64,000 bases of DNA from an uncultured delta proteobacterium (GTDB lineage Bacteria > Myxococcota_A > Polyangia > Polyangiales > B10-G4), in NCBI GenBank assembly GCA_963727445.1, contig CAVSGI010000006.1, positions 480,001 to 544,000 on the forward strand, given 5' to 3'. The position numbers were made by a program, and so were the translations under genes. Shown here one piece after another: positions 32,907 through 45,317 of this stretch (positions are counted from its first letter, which is position 1; each line of letters begins with the position of its first letter). The notes under the pieces are model-generated. The model had not been told where the DNA came from, searched no databases, and worked only from the letters and a program-made list of their open reading frames with translations.

Positions 32907-34934
32907 TCAGGCGGCCCTCAGGGGGCGCCGACTCCGGAGGATGGCCTCCAGAATTGCCAATATTCCCGCGAGGAGAAAGAGCCATGGTGCGATCGAGCGT
33001 CGGACCGTCGCCCCGCCCACCTCGGTGGAGAGGAGCCCTCGTTCGGCGGCCTCCTCGCTCGGCGGGGCGGGACGGAGATCGCTCTCCTCGGTGGGCGGCG
33101 CGACCACGAAGCCCGCTTCGACGTTGGGGCTGCGCACACCGTCGGCGACCGGGAGCACGCGGTAGGGACCGGGCGCCGCCGTCTGGTCGAACTCCCAGGC
33201 TTCCGCGTCGGGGCCTTCGTGACGCGCGCCCGCCGGATCGACCACCACGACCCGGTCTGCGCCGGAGGGGGTCGGGATGGTGACGGTGGTGCCTGGCGCG
33301 ACCGCGGATTGCGGCAGGCGGGCTTCGGGGCCGAGATGGCGCAGCAGCTCCACCATGAGCGGCAGGAATCCCGGCCGATAGGGCAGGTCGCTCCACGCGG
33401 TGTCCACCGGGAGGGCGAGCAGACCCACGCGCCCTTCACCGCGCTCCGCGAGGAGCAGGGCGTCCGAGCCATCCTCGAAGCGCAGGAGGGTCTCGCTCTG
33501 TGGCGCGGCCTCCACCACCAGTCGTCGCGTCGCCTGGACGCTCTCGAGGCCGCCGGTCGGGATGCGCTGGGACGCCCCCTCGGCGCGAAGGAGGGAGAGT
33601 GGATCGGGGAGCGCGCCCACCGCGCGGGGCCGTCCGGGCAGGAGCTCGCCGAAGCGCGCGCGATACTCCGCGGGGTCCATCCGGTCGCCGGCGGCGATCA
33701 ACAGCCCCCCGCCGCCTTCCACGAAATCGGCGAGACGCGCCGCGCCGTGGGCCGAGGGCGTGCGCACGTTCGCGAGCACCACCACGTCCCAGCCCGCGAG
33801 GTCGGTGGCTTCGGCGGTGTCGGGATCGACGACGCGATAAGAGAGGGGCTCCCCCTCGCTGGGCGACAGATCCAGGGCGCGCACCAGGTAGCCGACTTCG
33901 TCGCGGTCGCGGCTGTCGTGGGGGTCGCCGTCGACGATCAACACACGGAGCGCGGCGTTGGGGCGGAGCAGCACGGCGCGTTCGTCGTCGACGGAGATGG
34001 CGTCCTCGCCGTCGAGGGTGATGAGCGCGGTGGGCGTGCCCTCGTCCGGTGCAGGCGCGTGGAGGTTGACGCGCGCGACGCCCGAGGAGAGGTCTGCGGC
34101 ACCGTGGGAGACCTCTTCGCCGCCCTCCTTCAGGTGCACCACCGACGCACCGGCGGGGCCGTGGGCGCGGATCTCCACCGCGACCGAGACCTGGCCCGGG
34201 GTGGTGGGATCGGGGACGGCGTGGGCGGATGCGATGGCGCGGTTTTCCTCCACGCCGTCGAGGCGGCGGAGGTCCACTGCGATCTCGTCGCCTGGGAAAC
34301 GCACGTCCTCGAGTCGTGCGTGGGCCGCTCCGTCGGTGATGATGAGCAGGCGGCGCTTGTCGATCCGCGCGGCGGCGAGCTCGCGCACGGCACGCGCCAC
34401 GGCCGTCGGGAGATCGGTGCCGCGCGCGGATGCGGGCGCGCTTTCGAGGGACTCGACCGCGGCCGCGGCCTCGTCGAGCTCGGAGGTGCGGGGGACGAGC
34501 AGCCGCGGCGGGTGGCCAGCGAGGACCACCGAGACCTCGGAGCCGATGGGGAGCGAGGCGATGGCATCGGCCGCCATCTCACGGGCTTCGTCGGAGAGCA
34601 GCCCGTGCCCCTCCGCATCCTGCCGCTCCATGCTCATCGAGTCGTCGAGGACGATGGCGACCGACGCCAGGCGGCCGTCACCATAGGCGAGCTGCACGGT
34701 GACGTAGGGGTCGGCGACGGCCACGGCGAGGGCGACGACCAGAAGGATGCGCGCGGCGAGAAGGAGCAGGTCCACCAGGTGCACCCGCTTCTGGCTGCGC
34801 GCCTGCGCGCGCTCGAGGAGCATCACTGTGGGAAGGGCGATCACCGGCAGGTCGCGGCGGCGCATCAGGTGGGCGGCGATGGGAGCGGACACGCCGAGAA
34901 GACCCAACAGGGCCAGAGGCAGCTCGAAGCCCAC
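32907..34934 (-). CDS. BatA/VWA-domain protein
   Basis: F..PLALLGL...PIAAHL (BatA N-terminus), MIDAS IVLDDSMSM, IITDG, glutaminase-like FVEGGGGLLI, C-terminal TM. Confidence 0.9.
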   Translation of the reverse strand: MGFELPLALLGLLGVSAPIAAHLMRRRDLPVIALPTVMLLERAQARSQKRVHLVDLLLLAARILLVVALAVAVADPYVTVQLAYGDGRLASVAIVLDDSMSMERQDAEGHGLLSDEAREMAADAIASLPIGSEVSVVLAGHPPRLLVPRTSELDEAAAAVESLESAPASARGTDLPTAVARAVRELAAARIDKRRLLIITDGAAHARLEDVRFPGDEIAVDLRRLDGVEENRAIASAHAVPDPTTPGQVSVAVEIRAHGPAGASVVHLKEGGEEVSHGAADLSSGVARVNLHAPAPDEGTPTALITLDGEDAISVDDERAVLLRPNAALRVLIVDGDPHDSRDRDEVGYLVRALDLSPSEGEPLSYRVVDPDTAEATDLAGWDVVVLANVRTPSAHGAARLADFVEGGGGLLIAAGDRMDPAEYRARFGELLPGRPRAVGALPDPLSLLRAEGASQRIPTGGLESVQATRRLVVEAAPQSETLLRFEDGSDALLLAERGEGRVGLLALPVDTAWSDLPYRPGFLPLMVELLRHLGPEARLPQSAVAPGTTVTIPTPSGADRVVVVDPAGARHEGPDAEAWEFDQTAAPGPYRVLPVADGVRSPNVEAGFVVAPPTEESDLRPAPPSEEAAERGLLSTEVGGATVRRSIAPWLFLLAGILAILEAILRSRRPLRAA

Positions 34935-34937
34935 GGC

Positions 34938-35840
34938 TCAGCGCGCTCCCCGCCGCCGGGAGCTGCTGAGGATGGCGCCGAGCTGATGCTCGGGACGTCC
35001 GTCGGTGCGCGCCAGCGCGTAGCGCGCACCGGCGGCGATGGCGCGCCCCCGGGCGGTCTCGATGAACTCGCTCATCTCGCGGCGATAGGCGCGGCGCACC
35101 GCGTCGGCGTCGGCGTCGATGGGCAGCTCGCCTTCGAGACCGACGAAACGCGTGGGGCCGTGAAAGGGGAAGTCGATCTCGTCGGGGTGCAGGACGTGAA
35201 AGACGATCACGTCGTGGCCGCGCGAGACCAGGTGGGCGATGGGCGCGAGCGCTTCGTCGCGGAGGTCGAGCAGGTCGCTGGCGATGGCGACCACGCCGCG
35301 CCTTCCCACGCGTTCGGCGACGGCGGTGAGGGCGCCGGCGAGGTCGGTGGGCGCGCCGCGCGCCGCGGGGGCCGACAGCGCCGCCATGAGCGTGTCGAGA
35401 TGTGCGGGGCGGGTGCGCGGCGGCACGAGCTCACCGAGCTCGTCGGTGATCGTTGCCGCACCGGTGGCGTCACCCTGTCGGATCAGGACGTAGGCGAGGG
35501 CGGCGAGGAGCGTCGCCGCGTGCGCCTGCTTCTCGACGCCGTCGGTGCCGGCGTAGCCCATGGAGCCGGAGCGATCGAGGACGAGCGTCGCGCGCAGCTG
35601 GGTCTCCTGCTCGAAGCGCTTCACCACGTCGCGGTCGGTGCGGGCGAAAGCGCGCCAGTCGAGCAGCCGTGGGTCGTCGCCCGGGCGATACTCGCGGTGC
35701 TCGATGAAGACCACCGAGGCGCCGCGATGCGGGCTGCGGTGGATGCCTGCGAGGAGACCGTCGACCGCTCGCCGCGCCGAGAACGTCAGGTTCTGGACGC
35801 GCTTGGCGACTTCCGGGTCGAGGGTTTTGTCCACAGGCAC
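34938..35840 (-). CDS. DUF58-domain protein
   Basis: GIHRSPHRG.S..F.EHREYRPGDD.R..DWR, LDRSGSM. Confidence 0.95.
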   Translation of the reverse strand: MPVDKTLDPEVAKRVQNLTFSARRAVDGLLAGIHRSPHRGASVVFIEHREYRPGDDPRLLDWRAFARTDRDVVKRFEQETQLRATLVLDRSGSMGYAGTDGVEKQAHAATLLAALAYVLIRQGDATGAATITDELGELVPPRTRPAHLDTLMAALSAPAARGAPTDLAGALTAVAERVGRRGVVAIASDLLDLRDEALAPIAHLVSRGHDVIVFHVLHPDEIDFPFHGPTRFVGLEGELPIDADADAVRRAYRREMSEFIETARGRAIAAGARYALARTDGRPEHQLGAILSSSRRRGAR

Positions 35841-35843
35841 TGA

Positions 35844-36893
<1,050 letters not shown>

Positions 36894-36969
36894 GGCTAGC
36901 AGGTTGTGGGCGGGTGTCGCGAGGTCGGTCTGTGTCGGCGCACGGCGCCTTCGGTGCTATCGTCTGGAT

Positions 36970-37654
36970 GTGCTTCGCTTGCTGATCGGGGCGGTCTTGC
37001 TCCTCGCCGGCTGCTACACGCCGCCGCCTACAGGGGATGGGGGCCCGGTCGGGGATGGGGGCATCGACGGCGCCGTCGACGCGACCCCGGATGGCCCTCC
37101 GGTGGACACCTATCGGCCACCCACCCATTACACCGAGGGCGTGGGCTACCCCTTCACCGACGATCCCCTGGTGCTCGACGACATCCACGTCACGAGCATC
37201 GACCCGTCGAGCATCCCGAACCGCGTCGCGAGCCCCTGTCAGGAACCCGAGTTGGTGACGGTCACCCGGATCATCGACGGCGACACGGTCTTCGTGAACG
37301 GACCGAGCATCGCCGACCGGGTCCGGCTCATCGGCATCAACGCGCCGGAGATCGCCCACCCCCCGATGCCCGCCGAGTGCTACGGCGACGAAGCGACCGT
37401 GTTCACGAGCGCGCTCCAGAGCCGCCAGGTGTGGCTCACCTTCGACGTGGAGTGCCGCGACATGTATGGCCGGCTCCTCGCGTACATCTGGGTTGGCGAC
37501 GGCCCGCAGGATCTGTGGTCGCGCCAGCTCGCCCACCGCGGCTACGCCCGCGCCTTCCCCTTCGATCCGAACACCGCCTACGCCGATTCTGATCGCATCC
37601 GACGAGAGCGCCGCCCAGGCCGCCGGCGCCGGCATGTGGGGCGCCTGCCGCTAG
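36970..37654 (+). CDS. Thermonuclease (SNase-like) lipoprotein; +1 frameshift at ~37587
   Basis: Lipobox LLAGC. IIDGDT, VRLIGINAPE, DMYGRLLAYIW. Corrected C-terminus ADLIASDESAAQAAGAGMWGACR*. Confidence 0.88.
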
Positions 37655-37664
37655 CTGGTCGTCA

Positions 37665-39215
37665 CTAGGGCCGCCCGAGGGTGCGGCAGGTGCGGGCCTC
37701 GCGGGCGTCCTCGTCGGCGCTGGCGAGGCCGCAGTGGGGCTCGGGGTCGAAGGGGTTGAGCCGGATGGCTTCCTCGAGCTCTTCGCGCGCGCGGGGGAGG
37801 TCGCCTTTGGCGAGGTAGGCCGAGCCGAGCAGGGAGCGGAGCGGCGCGTGCTCGGGGTAACGCTCGCGCAGCGGCTCGAGGGTGGCGATGGCGATCTCCG
37901 GCTGCCCTCCTTCGAGGGCGGCGCGTGCGAGGCGAGAGGCGACGATGGGATCGTCCGGCGCCCGTTCGTGCGCCTTTTGATACTCCACCGCGGCCGCGCG
38001 GGCGCGATGGTGGCTCCACAGGAGGTCGCCCAGGCGGAAGAAGCGACGGGCCTCGGCGTCCACCTCGCGCGCCTCGTCCGGCTCGCCCTCACCATGCCGA
38101 AATCGCATGCCGATCATCCGCGGCGCATCGCTGGGGCTCGGCGCGTGCCGCCTCCCCACTGCCGCGAGCCACCCCCGCTCGAGGCTGGCGAAGCTCTCCC
38201 CCGCGACGTCGGCCAGCGCGTCGCGCGCGTCCGCACCGTCCGCGATCTGCGCGATCGCCGCGCGCAGGCCCTCGTCGCCGAATCGCTCGTGGAAGAGCTC
38301 GAGGAAGGTCGCGACCTGCGCGAACGCCAGAGCAGCGTCCTCCTGCGAGTCCAAACGCGCGATCGACGGATGAAGGGCGTCGAAGGGCAGGAGCGTTCCG
38401 GCATCGTGGCGCCGCTTCAGGATCGCGTCGACCGCCGGCTCGATGTGCGCGCTCGGCTCCTCGCCACGCCAGGTGCGCTCGAGATACTTCGCGACGCCCT
38501 CCTGCAGCCAGACCGGCGCGTGGTCGCGCGCCGCGCGCGTGAGCACCAGGTGGACGTACTCGTGGGCGATGGTGTCCATCCACGGATAGCCGCGCAGGAG
38601 CGCCCGAGGCGAGGTGACCATCAACCGGTCCCACTTGCAGAGCGCGATCGTGCCCGTCCGCTCGATCTCCTCCTCGGTGAGCGACGAGACCGAGGCCAGG
38701 GACCGACTGGACGGATAGATCTCGAGGCGGACGGGGCCGGGTACACGCGTGCCGAGGATGCGCGTCAGCGCTTCGTCGGCGGCCGCCATCGCTTCGAGTG
38801 CGTACGGCGCGAGGATCGCGTCCTCGGAGGAGGAGCGCACGACGAAGCGGCCATCGTCCGAACGCGCCTCCACCATTCCGTCGGTGGCGGTCTTGGTGGA
38901 CGCCATCAGCTCCGCCATGTGACGTCGGTCGTCGTTGGGCTCGGCCGCAGCCGCGCGCTCGATCGCCGCGACCGCCTGCGCGTAGCGACCTTCGTAGAAG
39001 TGCAGATGTGCCTGCACCTCGAGGACGTCCGCGTCGTCCGGATAACGCCGCACGACCTCCTCGGCGAGACGAGCCGCTTCCTCGAGGCGCAGCTCCTGGA
39101 TCAGGCTCCACGCGCGGCGGGTCTTCTGGCCGTAGACGCCTGGCGGCATGGCGCGGGCGGGGAAGGCTGTGCCGATGGCGCAGAGGAGCGAGACGGAGAC
39201 GAGCGCGCGCTTCAT
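37665..39215 (-). CDS. TPR-repeat protein with peptidase MA-like (HExxH) domain
   Basis: Signal peptide, TPR-like helices at both ends, TIAHEYVH..PVWLQEGVA. Confidence 0.88.
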   Translation of the reverse strand: MKRALVSVSLLCAIGTAFPARAMPPGVYGQKTRRAWSLIQELRLEEAARLAEEVVRRYPDDADVLEVQAHLHFYEGRYAQAVAAIERAAAAEPNDDRRHMAELMASTKTATDGMVEARSDDGRFVVRSSSEDAILAPYALEAMAAADEALTRILGTRVPGPVRLEIYPSSRSLASVSSLTEEEIERTGTIALCKWDRLMVTSPRALLRGYPWMDTIAHEYVHLVLTRAARDHAPVWLQEGVAKYLERTWRGEEPSAHIEPAVDAILKRRHDAGTLLPFDALHPSIARLDSQEDAALAFAQVATFLELFHERFGDEGLRAAIAQIADGADARDALADVAGESFASLERGWLAAVGRRHAPSPSDAPRMIGMRFRHGEGEPDEAREVDAEARRFFRLGDLLWSHHRARAAAVEYQKAHERAPDDPIVASRLARAALEGGQPEIAIATLEPLRERYPEHAPLRSLLGSAYLAKGDLPRAREELEEAIRLNPFDPEPHCGLASADEDAREARTCRTLGRP

Positions 39216-42186
39216 CGGAGCAGCTCCTCGTAGTAGCGGCGCACGCTCTCGGAGTAGCCCTCGGGCGCGCCCTCGCGCATCGCGTCGAGGAGACGCCGGC
39301 GGAGATCGCTCGGGCCCTCGAACTCCTCGGCGCCGGGGATGCGCACCGCTTCGCGGAACTCGGGCGCGGTGCCTTCGCCGCTGCCGCCACCGCCGCCACC
39401 GCGCTGCTGCTCCTGCTGCTTCTCCAGCTCCTCACGGAGCTCGCTGAGCCGCCGCGCCGCTTCGTCCTGCGCCCGCGACGCCTCGATCGGGTCCTCGCCG
39501 CTCAGCGCGTCCCGCCCACGCTCCATCGCCTGGCGCGCTTCGCGCACACCGCGGGCGGCGTCGGGAGAGAGCGGCGCTCCGTCCGGCCCCTCGTCGAACT
39601 GCTGGGCGAGCCGGTCGGCCGCCTCCATCACGCGCCCCTGGCTGGCCCGATCGCTGCGCATCTGCCTCCGTCCGTGATCGTCGACGAAGTCCTCGATGTC
39701 GGGGATGGCGCGATCGAGATCCTGACGCAGGTCGCGGAGCTGCTCGACCGCGTGCTGGGCGCTCTCGGCCGCGTCCGAGGTCTGATTGTTGCGGCCGGGG
39801 AACATGAGCGCGGAGAGATCGAGGTCGCGGCTGATCCCGTCGAGGTCGAGGGACGCCTCCTCCGCCATCCTTCGCGCCTCTCCGAGGTCGCCCGTGGAGA
39901 GCGCGTCTTCGACGTCGGTCACGCGCTGGCGCGCCCGCTCGAGCGACTCCTCGTCTGCGAGCCCCCGCACGTCTCCCTCGATCCCGTCGAGGCTCTCGCG
40001 AATTGCGCGGGCGCTGCGCGCGAGTCGCGCGGTCTCGGCTCCGTCGCTGCCGCCCCGCCGGAGCGCCCGCTCGGCGGCGCTCCTCTGCACGTCGGCGCTC
40101 TGGCCGGCGAGGCGGCGCTGCTCCTCCTCGATCCCCGCGAGCGCGTCCATCGCCTCCGCCATCGCCCGCTCCCGCGGCCCGAAGCGCGACTCGGCGAAGC
40201 TCTCCATCCCGCTGCCGAGGAGCGCGGCGATCTGATCGATTCTGACGCTCGAGCGCGGCGAGCTGTGCTTCGGCGGCGTCGAGGTCGCCGCTCTGGATCG
40301 CTTCCTCGAGGCTCTGAAGCGCGTCTTCCGCTTCCGCTTCACCCAGCGCATCGGCGTTGACGAAGTCCGAGGGCACGTCGTCGGTCATGGCGGCGAGGCG
40401 CTCCGCCAGGTCGCGCATGCGCTGTTGCGCGCGATGGATCGCTCCCATCAGGCGCTCGCGCGCTTCGGGGGAGTTCGCGCGGCGGAGCTCGGCCAGGAGT
40501 GACACCATCTCGCGGCGCAGTGACTCGAGCTCACGGGTGATCGCCGCGGCGTCTTCGATGCGCGTGCGCGACAGGGTGTCGGCGAGCAGGATCGTGTCCG
40601 ACTCGAGCTCTTCGACGGCGCTGTCATCGATGGCCTGGCGCCGCGCGAAGGCCGCTGGCCGACGTCCGTGTGCCCGCGCTTCGCGGGTGGCGAGGCGCCG
40701 GAGCCGACGCCCCATCTCACCATAGAGCGAAGCGTCGCCCGAGCTCCCCGGCTGGGCGCGGAGCTCCATCGCGAGGTCCTCGAGCGCGATGATCAGCTCG
40801 TCGCCGCTCGTGCTGACGCGTTCGAATCGGGCCGCGACCTCGTTGCCTCGGCGGACGACCGGGGCCTCCAGACGATCCGCCAGCGCGTCGAGGGCGCGAT
40901 CGAGCACCTGGGAGAGCTCCGCGATGGCGGCGGCGCGCCGCGTCGCTTCCGACGCCACCGTGAGCACCCGGGTCTCGCTGCGCCCGACGTTCGGTCCCGA
41001 GACCTCGTCCCCGTCGCGCGCCTCGACCCACAGCCGCAGCACGTCGCCCGGGCCCGCGCCGAAGGCCGACGCCACGATGAGCTGCCCGCCGCGCGCTTCG
41101 TCGAGGGTGACGTCCTCCGCCTGGCGCAGCCGACGCCGCACCTCGCGTTCCGTCCGGTGTCTCGACCACGAGGTCCACGCTCCTGAGGCCGACGTCGTCG
41201 GTCGCTTCCCACGTCATGGGCACGTCCTCGTCGAGCTCGACGATGGCGTCCTCGGCCGGGTCGAGGAGCGCGACCCGCGGCGCCTCGTCGACGATCACCC
41301 GCACCGAGCGCGCCACGGGATCCTTGAGTCGCTCGCCCTCCTCGTCGTCGACCGAGAGGCTGAGGCTCCCGTCGTCGCGCACCACGAAGCGTCCGACGAG
41401 GGAGCCGTCGTCGCGCACGCCGAGCTGCACGGGGCTCTCGCCGATCTCGAGCACGCCGCCCGCGGCGGGCACGCGACTCTGCACCGTCAGCTCCACGCTC
41501 GTGCCCCGCGGGGCTTCGATGCGCGACACGTCGTGCAGGGTGGCGGGCGGCTCACCGAGGTAGCCGGGATAGACCAGGCGCGCGTCGACGTTGGCGACGA
41601 TGGCCGCGACGCGAACGCCGCGCTCGTCGGTCTCGCCGGGGTGGGTGAGGGCGAAGGCGCCCGCCGCCGAGCGCTCGGCCTGGGTCAAGAGCAGCGCGCC
41701 GAAGAGGAGCGCGACCGCGCCGAAGATCGCGGAGGGATGGCGTACCCAGCTCCACGGCACCACCCGCGAGATGGGGATCGCGCGAAGCTGGGACGCGACG
41801 CGCGCCCCATGTGCGGCGACGAGCTCGGGCGAGCGCTCGAGCGCGTGTGGGTCGGAGGCGAGCTCCACCGCGGAGCGGGCGGCGGAGGCGAGGAAGGGAC
41901 CGCGCGCGTCGCTCACGTCGTACAGGAGAGTGGCCGTCCGCGATCCACGGAGGCGGCGGACGCCCTGGAGCGACCAGAGGAGCGCGCCCACCCCCGCGGC
42001 GAGACAGACCCCCCAGCCCAGGATGGCCACCGGAAGGGAGACCACGGGCCCTACCACCAACGCCACCAGCCCGAAGGCGAGGGAGAACGCGCCAGCGAGG
42101 GCCACGAAGCCCCGGCCCCCATAGAGGAGGCCGGCGCGGAGGCGGAGCCGCCGGAGGTAGGCCTCGACGCTTTGGGGGGAGGACAC
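39212..42186 (-). CDS. DUF4175-like TM/Ig/coiled-coil protein; frameshifts at ~41150 and ~40240
   Basis: Three ORFs join into one protein. TM helices, YPGYLG, DEAPRV, ATDDVGL, then coiled coil ending LLDAMREGAPEGYSESVRRYYEELLR. Confidence 0.82.
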
Positions 42187-42296
42187 GACGCCTCAAATGT
42201 AGAGCATCTTCGGGTCGATTGCCCTCGACCTATGGGCCCGATATATTCCGCGTCCCGCTGGGGCCCCGATAGGCCCGAGCAGACCGACTTTCTGCC

Positions 42297-45200
42297 ATGA
42301 GCTCCAAAAGAGACGGCCACTTCGAAAGCGCCGATCTCGCCCTCGCCGTGTACCTCGAAGAGGTCTGTGATGGGCGGGACGTCCTCTGGATCGGCGACCA
42401 CGCTGACGCCGCTGCCGACCGCCTGGGCCGGGTGGCGAGGAACGTGAGGGTTCAGCGTCGGGTCCCCGAGCTGGGCGACGAGAGCGTCGACGTGGTGGTG
42501 ATCCCGGACCTCGATCACGTGGGCCAGACGGAGCCCGACGCCGTGGCACGGCTCGCCCGCGCCCTCGGCCGGGATGGCGCGCTCGTCGCGGGCACCCGTG
42601 CGCGCGGCGGCGTCGGTTACGAAGGGCTCTTCGCGCTCCTCAGCCCGGAGTTCCGCAAGGTGCGCATGCTCGGACAGTCGAGCTTCGCGGGGTACACGCT
42701 CGTCGACTTCGATGCCTCGCCCGAGGATCAGGAAGCGCCCACGCTCGACGGATCCCTCGTCGAGTCCGACGAAGCCGAGCGCTACATCGCGCTCTGCGCT
42801 GACGAAGGCGCGGGCCTCGACGCCTACTCGGTGATCCGCGTGCCGCAGACCCGGCGTCGACGCCGCCGGAGCGCGCCGCCACCGCCCTCCGAGCCGGATC
42901 GCGCCGAGCTCGAAAAGGCGCACACGCGGAGCGAAGCGCTCGAGCGCGATCTCGCCGAGCGCACCACCGAGCTCGAAGGCCTGCGCGAGCGCCTCGACGA
43001 AGCCGCCGAAGCCCACGAGGAGCGCGTGCGCGATCTGGCGGCGCGCCTCGACGCCGAGCGGGATCGGGTGCAGGAGCTCGAGCGCGCGCTCTCCAAGGCC
43101 GCCGACGAAGCATCCGGGCGCGAAGAAGAGCCGGCCTTCGACTTCGATCCGCAGGGGGAGATCGCGCGCTTCGAGAGTCACCTCCACGGGACCGGGCTCG
43201 CTTTGGCCGAGGCGGAGCGCGAGCTCGAGCGGCGCGCCATCCTGGTGCGCGATTTGGTGGAGGAGCTGCGCGAAGCGCAGAACGGCAAGCCGCTCGTGTT
43301 CGCCCCGCAGGCCCAGCCGGTGGCCGCGGTCCCCGTCGCCGCGCCTGCGCCGGCCCCTCTGTCCGCCCCAGCCCCCGCGATCAGCGCCGAGGAGGAGAGG
43401 CGCGCGGTGACGCGCGCGCTCGAGGCCGAGGCGGCGCGCGCCGAAGCCCAGTTCACGGTGGACGAGCTCATGGGCGAGCTGGCGGCCTCCGTCGAGCAGA
43501 TCGAAGAGCTGCGCGCGCGGGAGGCGGCGCTCGTCGGACGCGTGCGCGGCCTCGAGGCGCGCTGGGCCGAGGCCGACGAGATCCACGAGCTCGCCGCGGC
43601 GAGGCACATGCTCACCGAGCACGACCTCGCGTCGGCGCGCGGCCGCATCCGCTCGCTCGAAGCGGAGCTCGGCGAGACCCGCGAGCAGCTCGAGCTCGAG
43701 ATGCTCAAGGCGCGGGGTCCGAGCGGGCAGCGCCAGGAAGAGACGCAGACGCCCGTGGAGACGCCCGAGTCCGGCGTTCGCGCGGCCGTCGGTCAGGACG
43801 ACGAGCTCGAAGCGCTGCGCGCGTCGGAGAAGCATCTCTCGGAGCGCGTCTCCGAGCTGAGCAACCAGCTGATGGCGGCCCAGGACCTCGCGGACGTGGC
43901 TTCGAAGGCGCCGGGCGACGCGGAGCTGCGCGAGCAGCTCGGGGCCGCACGGGAGCTCATCCGGAGCCTGACCGAGGAGCGCGACCACGCGCGCGCCGAG
44001 AACATCCGCCTGACGATGATGGTCGGCAGCCTCGAGGATCGCTTCGCCGGCGCGCGCCGGGGCTACGAGCTGCGCATCGCCGAGCTCGTGCACGACCTGT
44101 CGATGGCGGCGGAGGCCGGTCACGCGGCGGTGTCGGCTCCAGTCGACGAGGCGCGTATCGACGCGCTGCTCGGCGAGGTCGCCGGGCTCCGCGCACGCCT
44201 CGACGATCGCGAGGCCGCGCTCTCGGCGCTCTCCGCGCGCCCGCCCCAGGCCGCGACTCCGGCGACGAGCGAGGAGACCGACGCCCTTCGAGACGAGGCG
44301 GATCGGCTGCGCGCGCAGAACGCCGAGCTCAAGGATCGGGAGACCGACCTCACGGTGCGCCTCGCCGACGCCGAGGAGCTCTCCGAGCTCGAAGCGAACC
44401 GGGCGAACGACCTGGCCTCGACGGTCGCGGCGCGCGACGCGCTGGTCAACCGGCTCCAGCTCGACCTCGCCGACACGGAACGTCGGGGGCGCGAGCTCGA
44501 GGAGACCGCCGACCGTCATCGCGAGGAAGCGGAGCGGCTGCGCGAAGCGGTGGTGGACGCCTCCGAGCGCGTGGGAGAGGTCGACCACCTCTCGGCGCGT
44601 ATCGGCGAGCTCGAAGAGGCGCTGAAGGGCGCGGTGACCCGGGCCGAGACCCACGGCGGTCGCATGGACGCGGCCGAAGAGGTGCTGCGCGACGCGCGCG
44701 CCACGCTCGGTGAGCTCACCGAGCAGCTCGAAGAAGGCGGCGTGTCCTTCGGGCGCACGGCCATGGGCATCGACGCGCCCGACAGCGGCTGGAACGAGCC
44801 GGCGAGCGCCGGTCCAGGGCGCAGTCAGGAGGTCGCGCGACTCGAAGCGCGCCTGCAGACGATGGAGCGCGAGGCCGAGGATTGGGAGACGCTGCTCCGT
44901 TCGCTGACGGCGCAGCTCGAGGAGCGCGACGAGCGGCTGCGCAGCGGCGAGCGAGGCACCCCCGCCGACCGTGAGCTCCGTCAGAGCATGGTCGAGCTCC
45001 AGGAGCGGGCGGCCAAGCTCTCCGAGAGCCTGGCCAACGAGCGGCGTGCGCGCCGCGAGGCGGAGGCCACCGCCTCGGGCAAGCGGAGCGAAGAGCTGGA
45101 GAAGCTCCACGACGCGCTCGGGGATTGGGACGCCGAGCTCCTGGTGTTGCGGGGGCAGGTCTCGAGCGCGGAGCGGGAGCTCAAGAGCTTCCGCGAAGCC

Positions 45201-45317
45201 GCGGCGGAGACGCGCTCGGGCCTCGAAGAGCTCCTGGGCGCCGCCACCGCCCAGGGCGATCCCGGAACTGCGGAGCGCGTCGGCGGTCTGCTCAGGGTCC
45301 TCAGCCGAGTGACATGA
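42297..45317 (+). CDS. Long coiled-coil protein with N-terminal methyltransferase-like domain
   Basis: N-terminal GRDVLWIG..DESVDVVV..LGRDGALV, then ~800 aa of E/R/L/A heptads. No Walker A motif. Confidence 0.82.
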   Translation: MSSKRDGHFESADLALAVYLEEVCDGRDVLWIGDHADAAADRLGRVARNVRVQRRVPELGDESVDVVVIPDLDHVGQTEPDAVARLARALGRDGALVAGTRARGGVGYEGLFALLSPEFRKVRMLGQSSFAGYTLVDFDASPEDQEAPTLDGSLVESDEAERYIALCADEGAGLDAYSVIRVPQTRRRRRRSAPPPPSEPDRAELEKAHTRSEALERDLAERTTELEGLRERLDEAAEAHEERVRDLAARLDAERDRVQELERALSKAADEASGREEEPAFDFDPQGEIARFESHLHGTGLALAEAERELERRAILVRDLVEELREAQNGKPLVFAPQAQPVAAVPVAAPAPAPLSAPAPAISAEEERRAVTRALEAEAARAEAQFTVDELMGELAASVEQIEELRAREAALVGRVRGLEARWAEADEIHELAAARHMLTEHDLASARGRIRSLEAELGETREQLELEMLKARGPSGQRQEETQTPVETPESGVRAAVGQDDELEALRASEKHLSERVSELSNQLMAAQDLADVASKAPGDAELREQLGAARELIRSLTEERDHARAENIRLTMMVGSLEDRFAGARRGYELRIAELVHDLSMAAEAGHAAVSAPVDEARIDALLGEVAGLRARLDDREAALSALSARPPQAATPATSEETDALRDEADRLRAQNAELKDRETDLTVRLADAEELSELEANRANDLASTVAARDALVNRLQLDLADTERRGRELEETADRHREEAERLREAVVDASERVGEVDHLSARIGELEEALKGAVTRAETHGGRMDAAEEVLRDARATLGELTEQLEEGGVSFGRTAMGIDAPDSGWNEPASAGPGRSQEVARLEARLQTMEREAEDWETLLRSLTAQLEERDERLRSGERGTPADRELRQSMVELQERAAKLSESLANERRARREAEATASGKRSEELEKLHDALGDWDAELLVLRGQVSSAERELKSFREAAAETRSGLEELLGAATAQGDPGTAERVGGLLRVLSRVT

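Noticed and set aside
32727..35843. Long antisense ORFs (e.g. 32727-35843, 42051-45110, 60967-63960)
   Set aside because: These are shadow ORFs expected opposite high-GC3 genes, with no recognisable motifs.
42297..45317. SMC/SbcC/Wadjet ATPase
   Set aside because: No Walker A/B, signature or hinge motifs, and no partner genes.
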